Source of the DNA: an uncultured Candidatus Saccharibacteria bacterium | GTDB lineage: Bacteria > Patescibacteriota > Saccharimonadia > Saccharimonadales > Saccharimonadaceae | Length of the DNA: 64,000 nucleotides | Assembly: GCA_946415265.1 (NCBI GenBank) | Contig: CAMKRV010000001.1 | Span: 18,887 to 82,886, forward strand | Direction of reading: 5' to 3' | Part shown: in pieces, positions 22,068 through 31,819 of the stretch | How positions within the stretch are numbered: the first letter of the stretch is position 1 | Layout of the letters: the number at the start of each line of letters is the position of its first letter | Notes under the pieces: model-generated | What the model was told of the DNA's origin: nothing | Database searches by the model: none | Seen by the model: only the letters and a program-made list of their open reading frames with translations | Position numbers and translations under genes: made by a program

Positions 22068-23597
22068 ATGCCACTTTTAACCACTAAAAAAATCAGGCTA
22101 CCAAAAAAATTTTCCATAACTCAAAAAATTATATCTATAAGTTTTCTTATTGTTTCCATTACCATTATTATCACAATACTCTGTTTTAATTGGGTGCCAC
22201 ATGCTACCAACAAAAATTATCTCATCCCAAATATCGCCTCATTATTTATTTCTCTTACAATCGGCATCATATTCTATTTTATTTTTAAAAAACTATCCAT
22301 TAATAATAAAACTTTTCGCATCATAGCAATCATTGCTTTTATACTCCTATATTTAATTCAGCTATTCATTTTATATTTCTCATATTTTAAAACAGGCTGG
22401 GACGCCGGCACGGTTAATAATTTAGCAGATCAAGTAGCAAAGGAGGGCGTATACACAACGGCAGGTAGTAATGGCTATCTTACGACTTTCGAAAATAACA
22501 CTCTTATCGTTTCAATCTTGGCCTTAATCAAATCTTTACCTATCATTGGAGGAAAATATTTTATCATTCTAGCCATCAATGCTTTATTAGTCAACCTTGC
22601 TGGTATCTTTACTTGTCTCACTGTAAAAAAACTTATTTCCAACAAAGCGGGGCTATTATCTATTTTTGTCACCGCCCCACTCATCATATTGAGCCCATGG
22701 ATCATCATTCCGTATAGCGATACTTTCACCATCACGATTCCTATTTTGGTGTTTTATATCTACATAGCTACCGATAAATGGTGGAAATATGGACTTATCT
22801 TTTTCTTTAGTATAATAGGATACTATATTAAACCATCGGCCATTATTGTCCTTATAGCCATATTGTTAATTAAATTACTCAAACACCACCACCAAACGCC
22901 ACGCAACATAAATAAAGATTTTTGGCTACGTTTATTAGCGATATCCAACGGTATTATATGTGCCCTTTTGATCAAATATATCTCATATTCACACATCAAC
23001 TATCAACAAATAAAAACTGCAACACCAGTCAACTTTACTCACTACCTAGCTATGGGTCAAAACGAAGAAAATTATGGACAATTTCTTGCAACAGACTACC
23101 AAGAGTGTTACCATAGTCACGAATCTGACCTAGAAAAGTTTTTCAATCGCTTCACCAATCGTTCTTTAATTGGACAAGCTAGCTTTTTCCTACGAAAACT
23201 CTTAGTTAATTTCGACGACGGCTCTTTTGCTTGGGGCGGAGAAGGAGAATTCTATAAAGAAATACCAAAACGCGACAATCCAATTTCTAATACAATTACT
23301 AATTTTTATTACAATGATGGAGTCAATAATCAAATATTTCTTCAAACAGAACAAATGTTGTGGATTTTTGTATTATTTGGATGCATCTTCATATATAAGA
23401 AAAAGCTGTCACTTCAAGAATCAGTTTTGCAACTATCACTCATAGGAATCTTTGTGTTCGTTATGATTTTTGAAGCCCGCGCTAGATATGTCTTTTGTTT
23501 CGCCCCAATGTTTATCGTATGCGCCATGTTGGGATATCATAATCTAACTAACATCATCACCCGTCACTCAAAAATCCCTCGTCAATTATCTAAATAA
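22068..23597 (+). CDS. Polytopic membrane protein, probable GT-C glycosyltransferase
   Basis: ~12 TM segments, GWD, PYSD, IKP and FEARARY motifs; follows GtrB-like gene. Confidence 0.7.
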   Translation: MPLLTTKKIRLPKKFSITQKIISISFLIVSITIIITILCFNWVPHATNKNYLIPNIASLFISLTIGIIFYFIFKKLSINNKTFRIIAIIAFILLYLIQLFILYFSYFKTGWDAGTVNNLADQVAKEGVYTTAGSNGYLTTFENNTLIVSILALIKSLPIIGGKYFIILAINALLVNLAGIFTCLTVKKLISNKAGLLSIFVTAPLIILSPWIIIPYSDTFTITIPILVFYIYIATDKWWKYGLIFFFSIIGYYIKPSAIIVLIAILLIKLLKHHHQTPRNINKDFWLRLLAISNGIICALLIKYISYSHINYQQIKTATPVNFTHYLAMGQNEENYGQFLATDYQECYHSHESDLEKFFNRFTNRSLIGQASFFLRKLLVNFDDGSFAWGGEGEFYKEIPKRDNPISNTITNFYYNDGVNNQIFLQTEQMLWIFVLFGCIFIYKKKLSLQESVLQLSLIGIFVFVMIFEARARYVFCFAPMFIVCAMLGYHNLTNIITRHSKIPRQLSK

Positions 23598-23639
23598 TCA
23601 CAAATGTAAAAGAATATCATCTGTTTTTCATATTTACCA

Positions 23640-25811
23640 CTAATTATCTATTTCCGCCAAAACCCATCGCTGATTATCACCTCCATGATTGCCAAACGTA
23701 ATTAGCTTATTAGACGAAGTTGCATCGAGAACTTTACTCGAGCATCTGGATGAAATAACATAATCCCCCTCATCGGTCGAAGATATTGTCCAATCTTGAT
23801 TACAATCACCATTTCGTTGCCACACACCAACTGCCGCATTATTCTTTACCTCTGCCCCGCTCACATCTAAAGCTAGTCCGGTAATCGGATTTATTATATT
23901 ATAATAGCCACTTTCATCATTGTATTCTATTTCAAATAATTGATTGTCCATATTCTGTTTTTTTCTATTATATACAATAGTGCTCCCAAATTTCATACCG
24001 GAATAAACCCCTCCCTCAACATCAATCACCTTGTCAATATTAGACTTGGAAATCAATTGATAAATTCCATCCTTAACCACTTGCCCATCACTCCTAGCAA
24101 TTCTTGCCAAAACCCATCGCTGATTATCACCTCCATGATTGCCAAACGTAATTAGCTTATTAGACGAAGTTGCATCGAGAACTTTACTCGAGCATCTGGA
24201 TGAAATAACATAATCCCCCTCATCGGTCGAAGATATTGTCCAATCTTGATTACAATCACCATTTCGTTGCCACACACCAACTGCCGCATTATTCTTTACC
24301 TCTGCCCCGCTCACATCTAAAGCTAGTCCGGTAATCGGATTTATTATATTATAATAGCCACTTTCATCATTGTATTCTATTTCAAATAATTGATTGTCCA
24401 TATTCTGTTTTTTTCTATTATATACAATAGTGCTCCCAAATTTCATACCGGAATAAACCCCTCCCTCAACATCAATCACCTTGTCAATATTAGACTTGGA
24501 AATCAATTGATACAAACCATCTTCAATTACCCTATCTCCCATATTAGATATTCTTGCCAACATCCATTTCTGGTTAGCGGCACCACGATCTTCATATAAA
24601 ACCAAGTCATTCTCAATAGTTGCATCGAGAACTTTACTCGAACATCGCGAAACAATAGTATATTCCTCATTACCACTAGGCACAATTACCCAATCCTGAT
24701 TACATCCATCATGCTGAGTCCACATTATTAACTGAGCACCATTATCTAAGCTAGCCCCTTCCACATCTAATACTAAGCCGTCATCGGGATTCGTCATACC
24801 ATAATAGCCGTCGGCAACATCATATTTTATTTCAAATATCTGCCCCTTCATGCCCTTTGTGTTCCTGCTATCAATATTAGTGGTAGCCGAACCACTCTCA
24901 ATATTAATCACTTCACTAGAATCCGATACGGAAATCAATTGATATATTCCATCCTCAATCGTCCGTCCTTTACTGGCTGCCTCCGAAGACGTCGCCCCTC
25001 CAAACCAATCCTCAAAATAACTATAAAAATTCCTATTCCCATACGCACCACAAGAATCCCCTGCGCCGTATCCAGCCGCTAGCGCCGAAGCATTCGGCTG
25101 ATATGGCGTATATCTATACAAGGCCGATGTCGCTAGTGATCGTATATTTACCCAGCTTCCCCCACACCCAGAATTAGGATTATATTGTATATAATTATTC
25201 CCTAAAGGATAATTCGTCCAACCGCCATCTAGCACCGCCCTAAACAGCGCCGCCGCATTTCTCACCTGATTTTTAAATCCGTAATACCTAGAAGAACATG
25301 CCGCCGTATCCGGACATCCGTACCCAGTCGCCGACCGATACTGCACGCTATTTGGGAAAGAATCAGTTATTAATCCCTGTTCCTTTTGCAATAATACGAT
25401 CAACACTTGCGGATTTATCCTATAATCTTGCGCCGCCTGCCAAATAATATGCGCTGCGCTCTCACCGCTAAAGTTTTCATCCGCCAAACAAACATAATGC
25501 CCATCAGATACATGCCAAGAATAAGGTGCAGACTCCGATAAATACCCTAAATTATTTCCAGTTTGCCATATTCTCGTATCGTTGCAGTTTCCTTTTTGCT
25601 TCAAAAAGTTCCAAATCTCCGCCTCACTCATCGAATTATAATTCCCCATCTGGTAATCTGAGATAATATACCCCGGATCAAAATTCGCCAAATTCGCCGC
25701 TTCCACATCTATGTTATTCTTAAATTTTGCCGTCAAAAACGTAAATAAAAACACTGCCACAAATACCATCAGTGCTACTAGCCAAATCTTTTTACCACCC
25801 CTTACTCTCAT
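23640..25811 (-). CDS. Secreted protein: N-terminal conserved domain (FDPG..ISD, LQKEQGL, GYGCPD, YTPYQPN) plus three ricin-B lectin domains
   Basis: Signal anchor; QxW/NQDW/NQRW ricin repeats. Confidence 0.8.
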   Translation of the reverse strand: MRVRGGKKIWLVALMVFVAVFLFTFLTAKFKNNIDVEAANLANFDPGYIISDYQMGNYNSMSEAEIWNFLKQKGNCNDTRIWQTGNNLGYLSESAPYSWHVSDGHYVCLADENFSGESAAHIIWQAAQDYRINPQVLIVLLQKEQGLITDSFPNSVQYRSATGYGCPDTAACSSRYYGFKNQVRNAAALFRAVLDGGWTNYPLGNNYIQYNPNSGCGGSWVNIRSLATSALYRYTPYQPNASALAAGYGAGDSCGAYGNRNFYSYFEDWFGGATSSEAASKGRTIEDGIYQLISVSDSSEVINIESGSATTNIDSRNTKGMKGQIFEIKYDVADGYYGMTNPDDGLVLDVEGASLDNGAQLIMWTQHDGCNQDWVIVPSGNEEYTIVSRCSSKVLDATIENDLVLYEDRGAANQKWMLARISNMGDRVIEDGLYQLISKSNIDKVIDVEGGVYSGMKFGSTIVYNRKKQNMDNQLFEIEYNDESGYYNIINPITGLALDVSGAEVKNNAAVGVWQRNGDCNQDWTISSTDEGDYVISSRCSSKVLDATSSNKLITFGNHGGDNQRWVLARIARSDGQVVKDGIYQLISKSNIDKVIDVEGGVYSGMKFGSTIVYNRKKQNMDNQLFEIEYNDESGYYNIINPITGLALDVSGAEVKNNAAVGVWQRNGDCNQDWTISSTDEGDYVISSRCSSKVLDATSSNKLITFGNHGGDNQRWVLAEIDN
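23656..24512. repeat. Intragenic tandem duplication, ~407 bp identical at 450-bp period
   Basis: 23656-24062 matches 24106-24512 line by line. Confidence 0.93.
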
Positions 25812-26344
25812 ATATCTACCTCCCCATTTATTGTTCCAACCTTATCGCCAGAACTTATTTTTATTACAATTTTATAATTCCCTTTCTCCAGCCCATTAGT
25901 AGGCACGTTAAAACCTTCACAAGTAGCAGTAGCTGCCGAACTCACAATATTCGCCGTATCATTATATGCCACACTATCTTGCACTAAATTCAATTCGCAA
26001 CTTCCACTATTCAAATATTGGTCTATATTTACCCTAATTATTAAATTATTACCGTTTACACCAGCATAAGTCACTACTCCAGTCAAATCTTCTCTCTCAT
26101 TCGGATCTTCACCCTCATACTGAACCACTTTTTCCTTCTCTTTTTCCACCACTTCCGGAGCTTTTTCCACTTCACTTTCCTTCTTATTTTCCACTAAGCT
26201 TTGCTCTTCTACCGGTTTAACCTCTTCCTTCTTTTTAAAGTATCCATCCCACACAAAATAACAAATTACCGCAGCTACCACAAAAAGCAACATTATTATC
26301 ACCCAAAACAACCATTTTTTGTTCTTTTTCTGTTTTTGTGCCAT
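25808..26344 (-). CDS. Bitopic membrane protein, hypothetical
   Basis: Basic N-terminus, one TM, beta-rich C-terminal domain with a Cys pair. Confidence 0.7.
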   Translation of the reverse strand: MAQKQKKNKKWLFWVIIMLLFVVAAVICYFVWDGYFKKKEEVKPVEEQSLVENKKESEVEKAPEVVEKEKEKVVQYEGEDPNEREDLTGVVTYAGVNGNNLIIRVNIDQYLNSGSCELNLVQDSVAYNDTANIVSSAATATCEGFNVPTNGLEKGNYKIVIKISSGDKVGTINGEVDI

Positions 26345-26398
26345 AAATTACAATTCTCCTACTATAATTATAAGCACTTTAACTAATCCTGTAAACCC

Positions 26399-26725
26399 CT
26401 AATCAATATCTATCCCCAATATAATCGCCGCTTCCTTCAAAATCTTTTTTTCTTCTTCTGTACAGTCTATCATTCGCACTTTAAATAATTCCACCGTCTC
26501 TTCATGCTTATAATCCAATATTTCTAGTGATCTCGCCGCGCCAGGTACCTTTTTTAATACACCTTTTTCCACAAGGTTTTCCACATGTTCAGCTACCGCT
26601 GATACACTAGAGAGTCCAAGTCCTGCCATCATTTCCCGATAAGATGGAGAATACCCCTTTTCTTCTGTAAAATCTTGCAAATAATTCAAAACCGCTAATT
26701 GTTTTTTTGTCAGCTTAACCGTCAT
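26399..26725 (-). CDS. LexA-like DNA-binding protein, N-terminal winged helix only (108 aa)
   Basis: LTKKQLAVLNYL...GYSPSYREM...GLSSVSAV..H...L..KG.L...PGAARSL; no S24 peptidase domain; start reassigned to 26725. Confidence 0.85.
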   Translation of the reverse strand: MTVKLTKKQLAVLNYLQDFTEEKGYSPSYREMMAGLGLSSVSAVAEHVENLVEKGVLKKVPGAARSLEILDYKHEETVELFKVRMIDCTEEEKKILKEAAIILGIDID

Positions 26726-26744
26726 TATGTTATAATTATAAACA

Positions 26745-28412
26745 ATGGAAAAAAATAAATCAATTGATGGGTTAGCTCCGCGTCGCGCCAAAAAACCGAC
26801 CAATTCTACTGCGGTCACCAAGAAACCAGTTGTTAAAAAATCCACCGCCAGGCCAGCCACCCAAAAGAAAACCATCAAAGTTACTAAACCAGTCAAAATC
26901 CCAGTTCAAGAAAAATCAGTTCAACTAAAAGAAGAAAAACCTACGCCAATTGCACCGGAAAAGTTCGAACCAGCCACTAATATTACCGAAGATTTTCTTA
27001 AACCCACACAGGTTTTTGATTTTGACGAACAAAGCGGAGAATTAAAAGCCGCTCAAGATCCTACAGAATCAAAATCCACTAAAAAATCTAAAAAGCAGAA
27101 AAAACCTATGTCTAAAAAACGTAAAATCATCACTTGGGTGGCACTTATTATTGTTTTACTACTCATCGGTGGCGCTATCTGGCTCATCCTTTGGGGCAAC
27201 GATATTATTGCCAAAATCACTGGCGGCCAAGGCACTGTTTTTGATTTATTTGTAGAAACATATGAACCCCTCAAAACCGACGAAAACGGTCGCACTAATA
27301 TTCTCGCCTTCGGTACTAGTGGCTTTGATATGAGCGGCGAAGAATATGGTGGCGTACATGACGGCGCTCAACTCACAGATTCCATCATGGTTATTAGTTT
27401 AGATCAAGCAACTGGCGACGTTGCTATGCTTTCCCTTCCGCGAGATCTCAAAGCTTCCCCCACCTGTACAGCTACCGGCAAAATCAACGAAGTCTATTGG
27501 TGTAATAATATGGATGGCGAAAACGAACAAGCTGGCGCTGAAGCTCTCATGACCGAAGTCGGTGATATCTTAGGCATAGATTTTCAATATTATGCCCACC
27601 TCAACTGGGGCTCACTCGAATCCATAGTTGATACTATCGGTGGTATCAATATTATATTGGATGAAGATATCAATGACTATTATTATACTGGTTCAGTCTA
27701 TGAAGCTGGCACAGAGTATACTATTAACGGCATCCAGGCAGTAGCACTTTCCCGTGCTCGCCATGGCACCACTAGCGGCGATTTTTCCCGTGGTGCTTCT
27801 CAGCAAAAAATCCTCATCGGCATCAAAGACAAGGTTCTTGAAAAAGGGCTTTCCATTACAGATCTTTTGGGGCTTGCCTCTACCCTAGGCGATAATCTCC
27901 GCACCAATTTCTCTGTCGATGAGATGAAAACCCTCGCACATCTCGCCTCCAGTTTTGATTTTAATAATATGCGCCAAATTTCTCTTATTGAGCCAGACCC
28001 ACTTATGACTACTGGCACAATAAACGGTATTTCTTACGTATTGCCGTCTGCCGGCGTTGGTAATTACAATGCCATTCAAAAATACATTACCAAAATGTTT
28101 AGCAGTGATCCGCGTTCCTACGAAGATTACACTATCCTAGTCCTCAATGCCACCGAAACTCCTGGTCTCGCTTCTACCGAAAAATCCACCCTCGAAGAAG
28201 CTGGCTACGATAATATTTATGTAGACGATGCTCCAGTAGGCGAATACTCCGAAGGCTACACAGTCTATTCTCTCACCGATGCCGCACCTGGCACCAAAAA
28301 ATTATTAGAAGAAAAATACCAAACAACCGCCAAATCCGCTACAGAACTCCCAGCCGGTATTCCTACAGATTATAATTTCGTCATTATCGTCAATTCTGAT
28401 AACTCAAATTAA
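26745..28412 (+). CDS. LCP (LytR-CpsA-Psr) family protein with LytR C-terminal domain
   Basis: NILAFG, TDSIMV, LSLPRD, KINE, SRARH, GDFSRGASQQ, VLNAT..PGLA. Confidence 0.9.
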   Translation: MEKNKSIDGLAPRRAKKPTNSTAVTKKPVVKKSTARPATQKKTIKVTKPVKIPVQEKSVQLKEEKPTPIAPEKFEPATNITEDFLKPTQVFDFDEQSGELKAAQDPTESKSTKKSKKQKKPMSKKRKIITWVALIIVLLLIGGAIWLILWGNDIIAKITGGQGTVFDLFVETYEPLKTDENGRTNILAFGTSGFDMSGEEYGGVHDGAQLTDSIMVISLDQATGDVAMLSLPRDLKASPTCTATGKINEVYWCNNMDGENEQAGAEALMTEVGDILGIDFQYYAHLNWGSLESIVDTIGGINIILDEDINDYYYTGSVYEAGTEYTINGIQAVALSRARHGTTSGDFSRGASQQKILIGIKDKVLEKGLSITDLLGLASTLGDNLRTNFSVDEMKTLAHLASSFDFNNMRQISLIEPDPLMTTGTINGISYVLPSAGVGNYNAIQKYITKMFSSDPRSYEDYTILVLNATETPGLASTEKSTLEEAGYDNIYVDDAPVGEYSEGYTVYSLTDAAPGTKKLLEEKYQTTAKSATELPAGIPTDYNFVIIVNSDNSN

Positions 28413-28415
28413 TCT

Positions 28416-29456
28416 ATGCAACTAACTTATTACTGGAAAAAGAAAACAATTCTCTCTTTTGTGGCTATTATTTTGGTAGTCATTATCCATAATTCCGCAA
28501 TCAACCAATACAATATTAGCCCGGATTTTTTCACCAACCTCACCACTTTTATCCATAACTTTTTCGCTTATGGAATTAGCGCTATCGCCGTACCAATCTT
28601 TTTCTTCATTTCCGGAATCTCTATGTTTAGAAACTATCGCCCTAATCTATATCCACAAAAACTCAAATCCCGTATTAAAACCCTACTCATCCCATACCTC
28701 ATTTGGAATATTGTCGGTTTATTGCTTGCCATCCTCTACACCTACACTCCACTATCAAGCATAATCTCTGGCCGCGAATTTTTTGAACCCACAATTAAGA
28801 ATATCCTGGAGGGTATTTTTCTTTACAAATACAATTTTCAGTTTTGGTTTTTATATGATTTAATCATATTTGTTATACTTGCTCCCATATTCAATATTAT
28901 GATCTCCAAAAAATGGCTCGGCATAATCTTTGGCGTTATCTTTTTAATCTTGCCAAATTTCTTTAGTTCTTTTCTTAATATCAATCTTTATTTTATTATC
29001 TTCTACTTTTTAGGTTGTTTTATGGGCAAACACTATCTCAAACTATTTACTTCACCAGTAACTCGCAAAACCGCTCTTATTGCTACCGTATACCTCATTC
29101 TCGCCGTCATCATCAAGCTCCTATCCGTTTACAATATAATCCAATTGGACACCATACCCTCTTTAATTGTTCTAATTATTATGTTGATTAGCGCTTGGTT
29201 CTCCACCGATTTATTTATCCCTAGTCTCAAACAACACAAATTCACTAATGAATTCTTTCCAATCTACGCCCTTCACACCTATTTTCTCGCCCCTATTATT
29301 AAACTTATCTATTTATTTACTCCCAAAACATCATTAATGCTTTTAATTAACGAATTAATTAGCCCCACATTAACCATTGTTATTATAATAGTCTTAGCTA
29401 GATTTTGGCATCAAAAATTACCAAAATCCTATCAACTTATGTTTGGTCGCAAATAA
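28416..29456 (+). CDS. Acyltransferase family 3 (membrane O-acyltransferase)
   Basis: LVVIIH, AVPIFFFISG, RIKTLLIPY, QFWFL, IYALH. Confidence 0.88.
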   Translation: MQLTYYWKKKTILSFVAIILVVIIHNSAINQYNISPDFFTNLTTFIHNFFAYGISAIAVPIFFFISGISMFRNYRPNLYPQKLKSRIKTLLIPYLIWNIVGLLLAILYTYTPLSSIISGREFFEPTIKNILEGIFLYKYNFQFWFLYDLIIFVILAPIFNIMISKKWLGIIFGVIFLILPNFFSSFLNINLYFIIFYFLGCFMGKHYLKLFTSPVTRKTALIATVYLILAVIIKLLSVYNIIQLDTIPSLIVLIIMLISAWFSTDLFIPSLKQHKFTNEFFPIYALHTYFLAPIIKLIYLFTPKTSLMLLINELISPTLTIVIIIVLARFWHQKLPKSYQLMFGRK

Positions 29457-29482
29457 ATACCCCCGCTCTGGGGGTATTTATT
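29452..29482. terminator. Bidirectional terminator
   Basis: AATAAATACCCC-GCTCT-GGGGGTATTTATT between convergent genes. Confidence 0.75.
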
Positions 29483-29944
29483 TTACTCTGCAATTTTAGA
29501 AATAATTAACTTTCTTTCGCGTCCTTCCCCCTCCGAATGTGTTTCTATGTCAGAATAATCTCCTGCCACCTTGTGCACCACTCTTCTATCCGCCGCATTT
29601 AGATCTATCGTCATAGATTGTCCAGTTTCACGCACTTTTTTAATCCATCCCTCAGCTTTTTCGGCAATTCTCTCTGCGCGATGCTGCTTATAGCTTGCCA
29701 CATCCACGTTCACTCGCGTAATTTCCGCACCGTTAGACACTAACGCCATAGACACCACGTGCTGTAATGCTCGTAAATTATCCGCATTTCGCCCAATCAA
29801 AAGCGAATTAAGCGAAGTAGATGGTACGGAAAGCTGTATCACCTCGTCGTCAATCGTGGAAGTTACCGCCACATTAATTCCAAAAAAGCTCAGCAAATCC
29901 TCCAAATATCTTGCTGCAAACCGTATAGATTCATCTTTGTTCAT
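29483..29944 (-). CDS. jag: Jag/KhpB (KH plus R3H) RNA-binding protein
   Basis: LIGRNADNLRALQ, RRVVH, SEGEGRER; synteny with yidC. Confidence 0.88.
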   Translation of the reverse strand: MNKDESIRFAARYLEDLLSFFGINVAVTSTIDDEVIQLSVPSTSLNSLLIGRNADNLRALQHVVSMALVSNGAEITRVNVDVASYKQHRAERIAEKAEGWIKKVRETGQSMTIDLNAADRRVVHKVAGDYSDIETHSEGEGRERKLIISKIAE

Positions 29945-29947
29945 TTA

Positions 29948-31057
29948 TTATCTCCTTTTCTTTTTAGTATCTTTTGCGGAGATTCTAGTTATTTTTGTTC
30001 CTGTTTTTTTATTTTCAACCACTTCGGCCTCTTTTATTTTTCTTAATTCCTTTAGTACAGCCTTATCCGTAACTGCATCAATTTCTGCATCCACTTTCTT
30101 TAATACTATTCTTTGCTGTATTATTGTGATTATATTACTCAGGAAATAATAAAACGCCAGCGCACCATTTAGGTTAAACATAATAACAAACATCATTATT
30201 GGCATCATTGCCGACATTTGCCCAGTAGTCATACTGCTAATATCCGCCTCATCAATTTCTTTACCATCTTTTGCCTCTTTTAAAATATCGCGGAATTTCT
30301 TTTTCTTCTCACTCTTTCCGGACGGCATTTGTTGTTTAGTCGCAAAATATTGCACCACCGAAGCCATTATTGCACAAACCAATATAAAGAGCGCCGACCA
30401 ACTAAACTTCCCCATCAGTACATCACTAGCTTTTACATCTAAATTAATTACTCCAAACAGCTGTGGCTGAAAATCATAAGACGCTTTTTCTTCTGCCGGT
30501 ATATCTTTATTTTGTAAATCATTTAGGTATACTTTTTGCTTTTCTTCTAATTCCTTAATCTCCGAACCTTCATATGCCACAATATCATATGCTCGGTTAT
30601 TTAAATTGTCTTGTGGTAACGGTGTAGCAATCACCCGAATAGCTGAAAAAATCGCAATAAAAATCGGTAGCTGTATAATCAAAGTTAAAATCGACGCAAA
30701 TGGTTTTACATTATATCGCTTATATAAATCCATTGTCTGTAAGGACTCTAGCTGTTTATTTCCTTTACAGTTCTTCTTAATCTGTGTCAGCTCTGGCTGA
30801 ATTTTTCGGATTAATTTAGTTTGATTAAGCTGCCTCTTAGTAAGTGGTAGCATTAACAATTTTACTAGCACCGTAAAGATAATAATCGCTAACCCAAAAT
30901 CATGCACCAGGTTAAATATCACAAACAAGATATTCACAATTGGCCGCACCACAATCATATCTATAAAATTAAACGGACTGCCAGTTATAATTGATCCTAC
31001 CACAAAGATAATAAATAACCCCCAATAGACATATTTTTTCACACTCTTTTTATCCAT
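29948..31057 (-). CDS. yidC: Membrane protein insertase YidC
   Basis: FGLAIIIFTVLVKLLMLPL, IQPEL, QLPIFIA, YYFLSN. Confidence 0.93.
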   Translation of the reverse strand: MDKKSVKKYVYWGLFIIFVVGSIITGSPFNFIDMIVVRPIVNILFVIFNLVHDFGLAIIIFTVLVKLLMLPLTKRQLNQTKLIRKIQPELTQIKKNCKGNKQLESLQTMDLYKRYNVKPFASILTLIIQLPIFIAIFSAIRVIATPLPQDNLNNRAYDIVAYEGSEIKELEEKQKVYLNDLQNKDIPAEEKASYDFQPQLFGVINLDVKASDVLMGKFSWSALFILVCAIMASVVQYFATKQQMPSGKSEKKKKFRDILKEAKDGKEIDEADISSMTTGQMSAMMPIMMFVIMFNLNGALAFYYFLSNIITIIQQRIVLKKVDAEIDAVTDKAVLKELRKIKEAEVVENKKTGTKITRISAKDTKKKRR

Positions 31058-31058
31058 T

Positions 31059-31409
31059 CTATTTATTATAGCACACCTTAGCTTCCGCTACTAGCTCTCC
31101 CAGTATCTTCTCTATTTCTTTAAATGACATCTTAAGAAAATCTTTTGAATACACCACGAAAATATAATCGGTTTTTTTAGGTATATCTTCCATATTAAGC
31201 CTCAAAGCTTCATAGATTCGTCGTCGTATTCTATTTCTCCCTACTGCTGTTTTCTCTACCTTTTTTGATACCACTACACCCATCCTAGTAAAACCTCGTG
31301 TATTTTCCACAAAAACCAAAGACATCTTTGGTTTACGAATCGTCTTTCCTTTTTGATAAACATACCTCACCCCACCCCGCGAGTGAAACCGATATTTTCT
31401 ATTCAACAT
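31059..31409 (-). CDS. rnpA: Ribonuclease P protein
   Basis: GVVVSKKV..AVGRNRIRRR. Confidence 0.93.
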   Translation of the reverse strand: MLNRKYRFHSRGGVRYVYQKGKTIRKPKMSLVFVENTRGFTRMGVVVSKKVEKTAVGRNRIRRRIYEALRLNMEDIPKKTDYIFVVYSKDFLKMSFKEIEKILGELVAEAKVCYNK

Positions 31410-31427
31410 AATATAAATATTATATAT

Positions 31428-31453
31428 TAAATAAGCCCCTTAGGGCTTATTTT
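31428..31453 (-). terminator. Terminator after rpmH
   Basis: AAATAAGCCC-CTTA-GGGCTTATTT. Confidence 0.7.
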
Positions 31454-31590
31454 TAAGCAGCTAATCGTGCGCGACCTTTTAGTCTCCTGCGCGCCAACAC
31501 CTTGCGACCATTTTTAGTTGCGTTACGCTTCATGAAACCATGTTCCACCTTGCGTTGCCTTTTGTGTGGCTGATATGTTCGTTTTGGCAT
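31453..31590 (-). CDS. rpmH: 50S ribosomal protein L34 (below ORF-track cutoff)
   Basis: Hand translation [45 protein letters not shown]. Confidence 0.96.
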   Translation of the reverse strand: MPKRTYQPHKRQRKVEHGFMKRNATKNGRKVLARRRLKGRARLAA

Positions 31591-31819
31591 ATTATTCCTT
31601 AAACTTTAATTTATTTCAAATTCTTTACATAGTATACCGCATTTTTCCACAATTTTCAAGTAGTTTTCCACAGCTTCTCTAGAGTATATTTAGACTCTGT
31701 GGAAAAATCCACCCCTATTACACCAAAATTATATTACACCACATTTTTTCTACCCTAAAAACCTGTGGAAAACTCCACTTCTCGTGATATAATATCTCAA
31801 AAGGAGGTCACCCACTAAC
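31591..31819. promoter_or_regulatory. DnaA-box cluster upstream of dnaA (oriC-like/autoregulatory)
   Basis: TTTTCCACA at 31643 and 31664, TGTGGAAAA at 31698 and 31764; TGATATAAT and AGGAGG before dnaA. Confidence 0.75.

Noticed and set aside
26726-26896. N-terminal extension of the lexA-like ORF in the track
   Set aside because: Overlaps the divergent LCP gene; homology and promoter position support the start at 26725.
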